Both the position numbers and the translations under genes were made by a program. A stretch of 60,957 bases of DNA, counting the filler, from Dugesia japonica (Eukaryota): assembly GCA_001938525.1 (NCBI GenBank). It is 6 parts of 6 records of this genome, joined end to end, with 100 filler letters (N's around TTAATTAATTAA, not from the genome) between each part and the next. Parts side by side here need not be neighbours in the genome. Positions count along the whole stretch, not along the records: positions 23,057 to 33,094 come from MQRL01597800.1; positions 33,195 to 42,156 come from MQRL01534884.1; 4 more parts are not named here. One strand, 5' to 3'. Positions 24,704-37,100 of the stretch are shown here, piece after piece (within the stretch, counting starts at the first letter, position 1; every line of letters starts with the position of its first letter). The notes under the pieces were generated by a model. That model was given only the letters and a program-made list of their open reading frames with translations, did not search any database and was not told the DNA's origin.

Positions 24704-24974
24704 TTAATCATACACTTTATATAAGGAGTTAATGTATTGTTCATTTTCTTTAACCATATTTTCATAAGAGGCATATGATAAATTTGGAATATAATTTTCT
24801 AATGATAACAAATTATTCTTTTCATCTATTAATCCTTCTAATTTCCATGTAAGAGAATTAATTTCTTCTTTTTTACCTTGATATTCACATTCTCCTATTT
24901 TTTGTTCTAATATTTCTATTTCTGTTTGAATTTCTAATATTTCTATTTCTATTTGATTTTTAAAATGAGACATT
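24704..24974 (-). CDS. Polinton hypothetical coiled-coil protein
   Basis: MSHFKNQIEIEILEIQTEIEILEQK..., directly downstream of the integrase (3' part of ORF 24704..25069). Confidence 0.45.
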
Positions 24975-25812
24975 TTATAAAGATGTTTTTTGTAACTCAT
25001 TACTATAAAATCTTCCCAATATTTTGTTGCCGTTAAGATTTGATATGCGAAATGTAATTGGTTGTTCATGATAAATTTGAGTAATTATATAAATTCTTTT
25101 AGACCATTTAAATGTATAACCTTTAGGAAATGTTTTACCAATTTTAGTTATTCTAACTCTATCACCAACATTAAATCTTAATTTCTCATTATAATCTTTA
25201 GGCATTACTATTTTAACTTTTTCTGGATTATTTGTTGCTTGTTGAGGTGTAATGTTAATTGTTGAATGTTGTGTGTTATTGTAATCATCAACAATTTGTT
25301 CTAATAACTTAAGTGTGATATCTTGATTTCCAACGGCAGTAAAATNNNNNNNNNNNNNNNNNNNNNNNNNNNNNNNNNNNNNNNNNNNNNNNNNNNNNNN
25401 NNNNNNNNNNNNNNNNNNNNNNNNNNNNNNNNNNNNNNNNNNNNNNNNNNNNNNNNNNNNNNNNNNNNNNNNNNNNNNNNNNNNNNNNNNNNNNNNNNNN
25501 NNNNNNNNNNNNNNNNNNNNNNNNNNNNNNNNNNNNNNNNNNNNNNNNNNNNNNNNNNNNNNNNNNNNNNNNNNNNNNNNNNNNNNNNNNNNNNNNNNNN
25601 NNNNNNNNNNNNNNNNNNNNNNNNNNNNNNNNNAATATTAAATCTGCAGACCAAATATCATCTTTTTCATGTACAACTATTTTTCTAAAATGTTTAGGTT
25701 TTCTATATTTTTTATGTAATTCTTTACTTAATATTTCTTTGTTGGTGAGTTCATCATCAGATTCATCTTTATTAATTGTAGTTTCTTTAAATAGATCTTT
25801 TTTTGTTCCCCC
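24975..25812 (-). pseudogene. Polinton integrase (core lies in the N gap)
   Basis: SKELHKKYRKPKHFRKIVV...DIWSADL, YNNTQHSTINITP, FNVGDRVRI...KGYTFKWS...GRFYSNEL. Confidence 0.88.
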
Positions 25813-26282
25813 TTAACCAATAACAATTTTACCTTTCATTGCTAATTTTACTAATACTCTTTGAAATTTTTCTGTTAATGTTGGATTTTCAATATTATTA
25901 AGATCATGTATTAAATTAACATCAGCAATATGACAATCGCGTATATTTTCAGAATTATACGCGATGTCATGTTTTAATGCAGATTCATCAACTCTATTAA
26001 TTGGTTCTTCAACAGGTTTAGGAATATTATTTTCATCTAATCTAATATCTAATCTTGTACCAGGTCCGGTGTAATTATGTTTAAATAAATGTCTTTCACC
26101 TGGATATTTTTCTGTTGTAATTGGTTTTAATAATGTTGATATAAATTTTGAATTTTGTAAGTCACCTCCAGATTTTTTCATTTTTTGTGCTACGCGATTA
26201 ATACATAAATCTAAATGTCTTGATTTATTTTTTTTAATATAATTTTACCACAATTGTCACATATAAAATTTTTAGAGGACAT
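25813..26282 (-). CDS. Parvovirus VP1u-like phospholipase A2 with an upstream C2HC zinc finger (1-nt frameshift)
   Basis: HNYTGPGT (Ca-binding loop), PINRVDESALKHDIAY (catalytic HD) and AD. The upstream frame reads MSSKNFICDNCGKIILK/KNKSRHLDLC. Confidence 0.85.
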
Positions 26283-26338
26283 TTTTAAGAGGTTACATTT
26301 ATCATTTAACATTTTACATTTTACATTTTACATTTATT

Positions 26339-27641
26339 TTATAAATCTTGACCTTTTACATTTTCAATCATAATAACTTTACTGTTAGCAAGTTTCATCT
26401 CAACATGTTTCTCTTCTAATATACACCAATGTATGATGGCTTTAAAATCATTATCTTTTGATATTTTAAGTGTAACACCTACATTGTTAACATTCATTTT
26501 ATTATCATGAGCAGATATATCAAAACAAAACATTGGATATAAATTACCAAAATCNNNNNNNNNNNNNNNNNNNNNNNNNNNNNNNNNNNNNNNNNNNNNN
26601 NNNNNNNNNNNNNNNNNNNNNNNNNNNNNNTGCCATTTCATTATTTTTCATATTAAATTTTAATTCATTAGCTGGATAATTAGTATTATTTAATTGTAAT
26701 TGTATACCTTTAATATAATTAGATTTTGATGTATCAACTGCGGGTGCGACAGCTTTAGTAATAATATCAACTTTCTGTATAAAGAGATTATCATTAGTTT
26801 CTAATGAAGAATTTGGAGATTTAAAACAAATAAAAATATATCTTGGTTGATAAGCTAAACTACCAATTTTTATTGAATAAAATGTTCCTATTTCCAAATT
26901 AGTTTTACCACATATCCTGTTTAAATATGAAACTTTAATTGATTTTTCCATTGATATTCTTTCCAACATTATTAATTCAGTTTTGGGTAATAATCTAAAT
27001 TCTGGAATATGAAATTCTAATGTTTCTAATATTAAATTAGCTTTTGAATCTTTTTCTCCATAAAATAATAATTTATTTTCAATTTCTCTGTTACATCAGA
27101 ATTCTATACTTGTATTATATAAAAGTCTATTATAATTTTGCATGAAACCACATAAATTTTTTAATGGAAAGTAACCTTCAAATTTATTAATTGTATAAAG
27201 TTTAGTTCTAGTTAAATAACCTTTATTTTTTACATCGCCATCATCAGTATCTGGTATCCAATCTGATAATTGGCCATTTTCCTTTTTATATGTGGCGGAT
27301 GTTAATATTAAATTTAACATTGTACTTATAACACCTGGATCGTTAATTGTTTCAATTTCAGATGAACCTAGAAATAATCTTAATGAATTAAATAAAATTG
27401 GGAAGAAATTATTTTCTAATGTTATTTTATCTTTTGTTGCATCTTTAATATTAATTTTAAAATATAAAAGTGAATTGCAAATGTCAAGTGGATTATTAGA
27501 TTGTAAAGATTGAAATACAATGTCGCCACTCGCATTTAATTTGCTTAATGTTCCTGCTGGTGGAGAAATTACCAATGTGTCATTTTTAATTGCAACATGT
27601 GAAAATTGAATGTTATTATTTAAATCTAACATTGTAATCAT
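26339..27641 (-). pseudogene. Polinton double-jelly-roll major capsid protein, frameshifted
   Basis: About 430 codons across three ORFs: LENNFFPILFNSLRLFLGSSEIETINDPGVISTML, PLKNLCGF, PRYIFICF, LNNTNYP, LYPMFCFDIS. Confidence 0.78.
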
Positions 27642-28098
27642 TTTATAGATGAAAAATTTAATGGTGTGTTTTTTTTATTATGTTACTATTATCTTACTAT
27701 TATTTTATGTTATGTTATCTTATGTTATNNNNNNNNNNNNNNNNNNNNNNNNNNATAAGATTTTTTCATATCCATTATTAAATTTTCATAATTAATAGGA
27801 ATTTTTTTATTTTCAACTCTATCCATAGGAATTTTTTGAATAACAGTGACTTTTTTATTTTGTTGGGGGGTCAGCTTAGCGCCTTCAAATCTATCAATTG
27901 CAGAAATAAAACTACCATTTGGATTTCTTTGTGTATTTCTAGATGGATTCCATGTTCTAACATTATATTCTATGTTCCATTTTGTTTAAATATTTTTTAA
28001 CAGTTTTCTCATTAATATTATAAATTTTACAAAAGTTATGTATAGAGTTATCTTTAAAATTATATTCATTTAACATTTTATAAAAAACTGTATCCATT

Positions 28099-28722
28099 TT
28101 ATTTAGTTTTTAATTTAGCATGTGCTCTATCTACTCCGGTGATTTCTTTTTGGGCTGGTATACGAGTAAATACATTAAATGAAAGCTTTTCTGTTTTTAA
28201 ATTTTCAACTAAAGTTTTATAACGTTTTGCAGTTAAATTTAATTTTTTATTTTTATCATCTGAATGAATTTTAATCTGAATATCATCAATTATTTTTGGT
28301 TTTAATACTTGATTAAATTGTGATAAAACCTTATTATGTTCATCTCTCTCTTTTTGCCATGCAATGCGCATTTCATTAATAGCTTTTAAATATGCAATTT
28401 TCTCATTATTTATTGATTCAATTAATAAATAACGACTTTCACTTTCTACACATTTTGAAATAATAAAAGTTATTATCACTTTAAATAAACTTTTATTATC
28501 TTCTTCTAAATTTAAATCATCTAATGTGGCATATATTTCATTAAGAATATCTAAATGATTTTTAGCAGTATCATGTGAAAGTTCATTATCTAAATATTCT
28601 TTTATTTCATTTAAATTTGACTCATCAAAAGTTTCAAATTTCTTTATTGAATTTACTAGTGTGCGTAAATTTAACTCACATAAAATTTTTTTCTCTGAAA
28701 CAACTTTTTTCTGATCACTCAT
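28099..28722 (-). CDS. Polinton hypothetical protein next to the terminus
   Basis: Intact 207-aa ORF with ATG start. No recognised motif. Confidence 0.6.
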   Translation of the reverse strand: MSDQKKVVSEKKILCELNLRTLVNSIKKFETFDESNLNEIKEYLDNELSHDTAKNHLDILNEIYATLDDLNLEEDNKSLFKVIITFIISKCVESESRYLLIESINNEKIAYLKAINEMRIAWQKERDEHNKVLSQFNQVLKPKIIDDIQIKIHSDDKNKKLNLTAKRYKTLVENLKTEKLSFNVFTRIPAQKEITGVDRAHAKLKTK

Positions 28723-28751
28723 TTTCTATAGAATTAATTTGAAACATATTA

Positions 28752-29075
28752 TTAAGTCACTTAGTGTATTTAAAATATTATAAAGTTACTTTGTGTATTT
28801 TATAAGTCACTTTGTGTATTTATTAAGTCACTTTGTGTATTTAAAAAGTCACTTCGTGTATTTAACATTTATTAAGTCACTTTGTGTATTTAACATTTTT
28901 TTNNNNNNNNNNNNNNNNNNNNNNNNNNNNNNNNNNNNNNNNNNNNNNNNNNTTTAAAAAGTCACTTCGTGTATTTAACATTTATTAAGTCACTTTGTGT
29001 ATTTAACATTTTTTTATTTAACATTTTTACATTTTTTATTTAACATTTTTCATTTAACTTTTAACATTTAACATA
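28752..29075. repeat. Polinton subterminal tandem repeats
   Basis: AAGTCACTT(T/C)GTGTATTT units, followed by TAACATTTT units. Confidence 0.75.
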
Positions 29076-30506
29076 TTAATTACGGTAGTATACCGGTTCT
29101 GGGTAAAAAGTAAATACCCTATTACTTATATATATATATATATCGTAATTAAATAATTAAATACTAACTAATATTTTATTTCAATGCGTCTTGACTCATT
29201 TAATTATGCTAAAATGTCACATGTAGATTTCAAAGTCTTCTTTACATTACATGTTACAATTATGTTTGTCATAGATAAATTATAATCTATTGGAAAACTA
29301 GGTTTCATGAATGCAATAAAGTTTAACATTTATTCTACTTCTGTGGTAGAAGATCTATTTTTTTCTGTTTATTAGCTTTCATCTAGATCTATATTAATTT
29401 AAATAATTTATTATCCTATACATTAACTCAAAAATAAATTCATGTAAATATATTGTTACATTGAGGCTAAATAATAATCTACTTATTAATTTCTTTCACT
29501 GTCTTGTCTTAGTCTTTTTAAGATATTTAATTTGATTTAGTTTAATTTAACTTAAGGTTTAATTTACTTGACTTTGATGGTTGTATTTATTTGTTAAGAA
29601 ATTTTTGTTGATCCTTGTAGACTCTCCTGAAACAGTTTTGGGACAGCTGAGGTGAATATTGTATTAAGATTTTGTCTTTCGAGTATATAGGTGGGAAATT
29701 AATTTTGTACTATTATCCACTGATTATTATGAAAATGTAATCGTAAATTAATTAAATCGTCTTACACCAAAATATATAAATATAATTAAAATGGATAACA
29801 ACCAAACCAAATTAGCAAAAAGAATTTATTACTTGTATTAGCAAGAAGAACGCAATCCTCATCAAATAATTATTTAAGACAAAGTTTCTATAAATTGAAA
29901 AACTGAGTTAGAAAAGTTTTAATATTCAAACAAATATACGCAATAATTATTTTAATTATTTTCTTGAAATATTTTAAATATCAAAAACTTTATAAATATT
30001 TTAATTGCGCATATTAATTTGAAATTAAGCAATTCGAATATCATTCTCACAACTTGTATCTTAAAAAGTCACGGATTGAAGTAAAAGATAAATTTAGTTG
30101 TCATAATTTAGAACAGTCAATGTAGTGATTCGTAGGAGAAGTTCTATAAAGTTCATAATACAATGCACAAAACTGGAGTTTAGAATTTTTGGAAATGGTT
30201 TGGTTTGGTTAGCCTTTTAATTCTAACTTTTTTTGATAATTTATTTTTGGTTTAAGCCAATTAATTTTTTGGTTTCTAATATTTCGTATTTTCTTTTATA
30301 ATTTTAAATATTAATTTCTGAGATTTTTATTTTGTATTTATCGCTCTTTTGCATATTAAAAATGTAATATCTAATAATTATGATACATACTTACACAAGC
30401 ATGTATTTACATAATGTACAAACATTATTCTTTAAAAGAAATTACAATTTTGATACTTGAAAATTATAAAATGAGCACCTTTATAATCAGAAAAACATTA
30501 CAGTAA

Positions 30507-30575
30507 ATTTCATTAGAATAAAGAAAAAGCTTCGATCAAATTTTGATCGAAGCTTTTTCTTTATTTTAATGAAAT
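30507..30575. repeat. 69-bp near-perfect palindrome derived from the hammerhead-repeat tail
   Basis: 34-nt arms ATTTCATTAGAATAAAGAAAAAGCTTCGATCAAA and its complement, with one mismatch and a 1-nt spacer. Confidence 0.9.
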
Positions 30576-31387
30576 CTCAAATGCAATCAATGGTCAAGTC
30601 CAACAATTATTCTCACAATAATTGTAATTATATTACAGTAAATATTCTATATATATTGAAAGTGTAAAATTATCTAAGACTGCTGTTTAAAGCAAACAAC
30701 TTGCTAAATTTAAATCCATTTTGGATATTTCTGATTTTAATATTTAAAATACAATAAAAGATTATTCAAACTATACTTTAACTGATGATGAATTTAATCT
30801 CTTAAAACTTGGTCCATCACATTGTATTAAATATAAATTAGATGGATTTTATTTTAAGGCTCAATTTGAATCGGTATATTCTAAATTTCTCCTTTCATAG
30901 AGTTCAAATAAACTGGATTTGCTGAATAATAAGTTTAATATTCAATCATCTGTTACTAAATTTATTAACAAGAATAAACCTTTTAATTTTAAGGATGAAA
31001 AAGTATTAAAGCAATCAAAATAGAAAGATTTGAGCATTTGAAAATTTAATAAAGTTAATGGACTAATTATCATGAACAAGAATGATTATAACAGTAAAAT
31101 GATGATGATATTGCAAACAAGTAAATGTGAACGATTAAACTTAAGAAAGAATAGCGTACCACTACCAATCAATATGAAAATCGATTATTAAAAATTCTAA
31201 ATAAATTTTAAAAAAAGAGATCATATAAATAGTTTATGTGACTATATGTTATGCTATGGAAGTCAGTCTGCTAAATTTTATGGTCTACCAAAAATACACA
31301 AACCTGATATCCCTGTAAGACCGGTTTTATCAATGATAAACACAGCGCAATACAAAGTTGCTAAAGTACTTAACAAAATGCTGAAAC

Positions 31388-31747
31388 CATAGTTGTACAA
31401 CATGAGGCCCGTAAACATTTTTTTGGCAGGCGAGATTCATCACACTTTTTCAAAATGTTTATTTCGATATATATTTTCAATAATATAATATTTTTTATAT
31501 TTAAATTTTAGTGTTATATATTTTTTTACAATGTGCNNNNNNNNNNNNNNNNNNNNNNNNNNNNNNNNNNNNNNNNNNNNNNNNNNNNNNNNNNNNNNNN
31601 NNNNNNNNNNNNNNNNNNNNNNNNNNNNNNNNNNNNNNNNNNNNNNNNNNNNNNNNNNNNNNNNNNNNNNNNNNNNNNNNNNNNNNNNNNNNNNNNNNNN
31701 NNNNNNNNNNNNNNNNNNNNNNNNNNNNNNNNNNNNNNNNNNNNNNN
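31388..31747 (+). mobile_element. Short hAT-like insertion inside the Penelope RT
   Basis: Starts CATAGTTGTACAACATGAGGCCCG. Flanked by 8-bp GCTGAAAC/GCTTAAAC, and removing it restores NKMLKPLIC. Right end hidden in Ns. Confidence 0.65.
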
Positions 31748-32843
31748 GCTTAAACCATTAATATGCAATGATAAATAATGTAAAGATACTTTTGGATTTG
31801 TAAATTGCTTTAAAAAACTACTTACCTCAAATAAGGAAATTATGGTTTATTTTAATAAAGTTAGTCTGTTCACAAACATTCTTATAAATTAGATCATCGA
31901 TACCTGTGTTGATCTCTGGCGAATCAATACACGAATTTATACTATAAATTTGATGAAATAGCTATCAGGAAATTGTTGGCATTTTTAATAATGATTGGTT
32001 CTCTCAGAAAGATCGTGTTGCAATGGGTTCTGAGTTGGTACGAACATTAGCATCCTTATATTCGTCTAAAATTGAATCACGAATTACTAACTTTTCTGGT
32101 AATCACCCGATAGAATACAAAAGATACGTATATGATATCTTCCTTATTTTTAAAGATCAAGAGAATATACTACCTGTCTCGATTATATGAACAGTCTTCA
32201 TCAAAATATAACATTTACTATAGAAGTTGAAAAAAACGATAAACCATCATTCTTAGATATTCTTGTTTGTTAACATGGTCTTAGCTATAATACTGCAATA
32301 TATAAAAACCAACAGACACAAGACTATACACCACTTCTAAAGATTTTTGTAATGATCGATATAAAAATGGGTTAATAAAAGGTTTAGTTCATAGAGTGCG
32401 GGGTATGTTATCAAGTTTTGAGATTGCTGATGATGTCTTAGCAGATTAGATAGTAGTCTTTGAGCTGATGAATATTACCATAAACGAATTATAATAACAT
32501 ACGTAGTATTTTAAACAGACTGTGCTCAACATTAAATAATAACCAAGAAGTTATTAACAATAATCAAGAAAAATAACTATAAAACTACAATTCTCGAAAG
32601 GAGCTAAATCATTAAAATGTTCTCTCATGTAATATTTTGATGATAATAAAGCTAAAATAAGATTCGATGAGTTTACAGTTTTGAACAGCGGTTTTGATAA
32701 TTATTTTGAAAGTATTGTTTGTCATGCTTTAAGAATTTGGTGAAACTCAGATTTAAATTTATTTTAATCTTTTTTTATTGGATTGAGTACGTAACAGGTT
32801 TTATTAGTTAGTAGATAAACACTTTTCTTCTTATTTTACAACA

Positions 32844-32884
32844 GTAACCGATGATGGGCATAGTTTTTTTCGAAACATGTATTA
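32844..32884 (+). ncRNA. Degenerate minimal hammerhead ribozyme at the Penelope 3' end
   Basis: CCGATGA...GAAACATGTA: palindromic ACAUGU stem III and GUA cleavage triplet. Core U-to-C change and eroded stem II. Confidence 0.6.
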
Positions 32885-32928
32885 AAAATAAAAATTTCAA
32901 AAAATATATAGATTAATTTTATATTATA

Positions 32929-33094
32929 CAGGGTGTTCCAATTTAAGGTTACATTTTAAATTTATTATTTCTGTTTTGTTTTATTAAATCAATAATTGTT
33001 GAATAAGCAATAGTAATTCATGTGGTTTTTAAAAATTAATCGTTATACCATTGAACAAAGAGTATTTATGGTAAAAAATTATTTTAAATACGGC
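32929..33094 (+). mobile_element. Mariner/Tc1-superfamily 5' end
   Basis: TA|CAGGGTGTTCC terminus followed by RYTIEQRVFMVKNYFKYG (DUF4817-like HTH). Cut by the spacer. Confidence 0.7.
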
Positions 33095-33194
33095 NNNNNN
33101 NNNNNNNNNNNNNNNNNNNNNNNNNNNNNNNNNNNNNNTTAATTAATTAANNNNNNNNNNNNNNNNNNNNNNNNNNNNNNNNNNNNNNNNNNNN
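33095..33194. other. Artificial scaffold spacer
   Basis: N44-TTAATTAATTAA-N44. Confidence 0.95.
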
Positions 33195-33814
33195 TATTAT
33201 TATTATTATTATTATTTTTATTTTTATTTTTATTATTATTATTATTTTCATTTTATAAGTTTCAAAAAACCAATTCCAATATTATATATAAAAATTAACA
33301 AATCTCAGATATTTGAAAAATATATTATTATTTGTGGTTTTTTGTTTTATAATAAATTTAATGTAATTTAGCAGAACTAATTTAGCAAAATAATTTTATC
33401 ACTATTTCTAACAATTAGGTCGGTATGAATTAATTATATTGAATATATTATTTATTTTATGGTAAAAATAGAGACAAAAATGGTTTGCTAGATTAATTTC
33501 TTTTCATTGTGATAGCTCAATATTACTAGCGTATATTTTTCAAAGTAAACCAGGANNNNNNNNNNNNNNNNNNNNNNNNNNNNNNNNNNNNNNNNNNNNN
33601 NNNNNNNNNNNNNNNNNNNNNNNNNNNNNNNNNNNNNNNNNNNNNNNNNNNNNNNNNNNNNNNNNNNNNNNNNNNNNNNNNNNNNNNNNNNNNNNNNNNN
33701 NNNNNNNNNNNNNNNNNNNNNNNNNNNNNNNNNNNNNNNNNNNNNNNNNNNNNNNNNNNNNNNNNNNNNNNNNNNNNNNNNNNNNNNNNNNNNNNNNNNN
33801 NNNNNNNNNNNNTT

Positions 33815-33997
33815 GTAGCCAGAGATTGCGCTAAATCATTAATTGGTAATGGATGTATTCAAAAAATCGGGTCTAATTCTAAAACACTAGATTGCTACTG
33901 TGATACAGATTTATGCAATTCTTCAAATAATTTTCAAAAGAAAAACAAAAATATTTTTATTTTTTGTATCATTTTGTTGGGATATTTTTGTAATTAA
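33815..33997 (+). CDS. Last exon of a Ly6/uPAR (three-finger) GPI-anchored protein
   Basis: ARDCAKSLIGNGCIQKIGSNSKTLDCYCDTDLCNSSNNFQKKNKNIFIFCIILLGYFCN*: CxCxxDLCN motif plus a hydrophobic tail. Confidence 0.75.
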   Translation, partial: VARDCAKSLIGNGCIQKIGSNSKTLDCYCDTDLCNSSNNFQKKNKNIFIFCIILLGYFCN

Positions 33998-34703
33998 TTA
34001 GATCAGTCGGTTAGAAAACGATTCCAATAATTTAAATTATCAAATTAATGTCATTTAGATTGAATTGAACGATCCATCTAAATGTTTTATTTTTATTGAG
34101 AAGAGAAAATTTGAAATAAATTGAGAAAACTTTTATTTTTCCGTTATTTTTTTATAATACTTTATTTTCTATTATTATTATACATCCTTTTCGTTTGATA
34201 ATTATAAAATAAGTTTAGGTAATGTACTTGTTTAAGTTTAAAGTATTTATTATAGACCTTTGGATATGATATTACCTTAAAAATGTAAACAATTGATTTT
34301 ATGATATATTTTGTTCTCATAGATATCAATTCAGGTGCATCGAGATTCAATGGAACATATAAATGAGTGTTAGACACAGTTGATGTGACACAGCAGAAAA
34401 GTAGATGGTTAGGCAGGAACACGACCAGGAAGTAACGTAATCACTGTCCACACTTCATAGTTTAAGCAAAAATAGGTGTGAAATTTCGCCCTTTTGGCAC
34501 CAATTGTCACACCTTAATGTCAACAATAGATTTCACATATTATTTTTAATTTTTTAAACGTGGGAATTTTCACATCTTAATGACAATATTAGATATTTTA
34601 TTATTATTTTAATTTTTATTGGAATATGGACGTTTTACACTTTAACCGTGAGAACGCAAGTATTTTTTGAGCTTCCCCCATCGAGCATAATTACATGAAC
34701 ATA

Positions 34704-34823
34704 TTCTTCTTCTTCTTCTTCTTCTTTTTCTACTTCTTCTTCTACTTCTTCTTCTTCTTCTTCTTCTTNNNNNNNNNNNNNNNNNNNNNNNNNNNNNNNN
34801 NNNNNNNNNNNNNNNNNNNNNNN

Positions 34824-34881
<58 letters not shown>

Positions 34882-34892
34882 ATTATTATTAT
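34704..34892 (+). repeat. (TTC)n and (TTA)n microsatellites flanking a gap
   Basis: Direct observation. Confidence 0.95.
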
Positions 34893-35795
34893 GATTACTA
34901 TCTAAATTATCGAAGAAAATGGCAATTTTTTATTAAAACTTTGAAACGCAATTTATATATTTTTTTCTTTATAACATAATCCGACAGAATATCTGTCATC
35001 TTGTTTATTGAAACAATATTTATTCCTTTTTAAATTTTTTCATTGTTTCTAAAAAATGCTTATATATAAAATATTTTTGATTATTTAAACAATTATGCAA
35101 TCTCTGCAATAAATCAAATTAATTAAAAACATTCAATGAAGATTTAAATTTTATGATCGGATTTCAAATTTTTATATTAAACTGCTGAGAGTTTGAAGCA
35201 GGTCGTTTTTAGTTTTTCCAATATTTTACAAAGAATTTTTCAAAAAACATCTTTATTCTCAAAAACGATCATCAAAGTATCTATTCGATAGAGAATTTTG
35301 AGCTGATATCAAATATCATCACGTAAAATCACGAGAATTTTTACATATATCGTTAAATCACAAGAAAATGTAGTTAACTTTGGCTCCTATCACAAGGAAA
35401 ATTAAAAAACTAACAATTAAAGCAAAATTTTACACATATATTAAAGCTACTAATTTCAAACTAACATTCATTCAATATTCATTCTTTTTAAGATTTTGTA
35501 CTTTTTATCTTCTTTTCAATTATAATGTTTAGTACATCATAACAGCAATAGTAACAATCGCATTTGTTAGGTGTGAGATGATTACAAAATCATCTCTCAG
35601 TGCTCGTATAAATTAATTTGGTGTTTGATTGTATGTATGCATGTAAGGTATGTTGATTTATTTGTTTTAGTCCCGTATTATTATATCAGAGATTTCTCTA
35701 AGACTACTGGCTTCTAAAACAATAAATATAGAAGCCGATTATGTCATATTGTCAAAAAATATATTTTAGAAACTCTAATTAGACTTCTTTATAAC

Positions 35796-37100
35796 ATGGC
35801 GACCACGTTATCCACGAAAGATATTTTACAAATTCTTCCTCAGCGAAGAATATTTATCATAAATGATAATGTTGAAGAATATTTGAAGGAGCAATATTTT
35901 TCAATGATCCAGCTCGACAACAACCAACGAAATATTGTTATCAGAGCATATTTAGACAAAGAGTCAAGATNNNNNNNNNNNNNNNNNNNNNNNNAAGATT
36001 ATGAAAAAAGAATGCGAAATGCATTTTTAAAAAGCCCAGATTTAGCCGAGGATCTAATCAAATTGCTAAATTACAAAAGAAAAAACGATTCGGTGGATGT
36101 ATGCATTTTAAAAATTGAAAAAATGTTGAAAACGTTATGCGACATAAATTAACCAGCACTAAATTGATCGCATTTTTCTGAAGCATTGTCTTGACAATGA
36201 AACACAGAAGGAAGAAATTCAAAGATATGAAATGACTGAAGATTTANNNNNNNNNNNNNNNNNNNNNNNNNNNNNNNNNNNNNNNNNNNNNNNNNNAAAA
36301 TATTTAAAGAAGATGAACAAATTGAAACTGAAAACGTACAGAAAGGTCCAACTCCATGCAAATATATCAATAATATTTTGCATCGCATTGATAAAATCAA
36401 TGCACAAATCAATGCGATAGAAAACAATCATATNCTGGAGTTTTAAAATATCAACAAAATGCAAATTATAATCAGCCCTGGAAATACAGCAATGATCAAA
36501 GACAAATTCCAGAAATCGAACAATTAAAGAAATATTCATTAAAGAAATTCAACATCCAATGCGTGAACAAACAAGACAAATATATCCAGAAAGTAGAGAA
36601 AAAAGAAAATATGTCCAATTTAATAAAAATGAAGAATCTAGGCAATTTTATGGATGCCATGAATTTAGACACTTACGCCGTGATTGCCAAAATATTCGAT
36701 GTTCTGTTTGTAATCGAAGAGGACATCTGAGTTATAAATGTTACCATCGAGAAGACACCGAAAAAAGAATGAATATTAGAAACCAATTCAAAGATTACAA
36801 CAAAGGCTCCAGTCAACGTGGAAATGATAGGAGCCATAAATTACATTTAAGATATGATATTAATGATATGTGGACTAGTATGTTTGAGTGTGATGATGAT
36901 TGTTTGAATAATTTTAATAATAGTATTGGTGTGATTAAAAATGACTCAATAATTGAATGTATATTTAAAAATATGAATGATGAAAATAGATTGACTGATA
37001 TATGCATGCTTGAATTTTTGAATGTTGTTAATTATTGTAACATTGATGGTAGACCTTTTAATAATATTAAACTAAATGGAAGTTATTTCAATGCATTATG
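35796..37100 (+). pseudogene. Gypsy gag with two CCHC zinc knuckles
   Basis: (C>F)YGCHEFRHLRRDC and CSVCNRRGHLSYKC. Stops and frameshifts present. Confidence 0.8.

Larger units (their letters stand above)
23057..29080. mobile_element. Polinton/adintovirus-like fragment B (major capsid, PLA2, integrase, ATPase, subterminal repeats)
   Basis: Hallmark genes listed below. Same family as fragment D: shared ATPase, integrase and LTDDEL..SKN.VNEVHELIS gene. Confidence 0.9.
30650..32890 (+). mobile_element. Penelope-like retroelement, decayed RT
   Basis: LLKLGPSH, IIMNKNDY, FYGLPKIHKPDIPVRPVLS, SLFTNI, VAMGS, RYVYDIF, FTIEVE...SFLDI. Hammerhead motif at the 3' end. Confidence 0.88.

Noticed and set aside
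28752-29010. Regularly spaced short repeats resembling a CRISPR array (also 39975-40115, 59715-59862, 14550-15760)
   Set aside because: No unique spacers, no cas genes and a eukaryotic context. They are tandem or subterminal repeats.
35567-35571. TTAGG TSD as evidence of telomere targeting
   Set aside because: A single pentamer with no telomeric array nearby.
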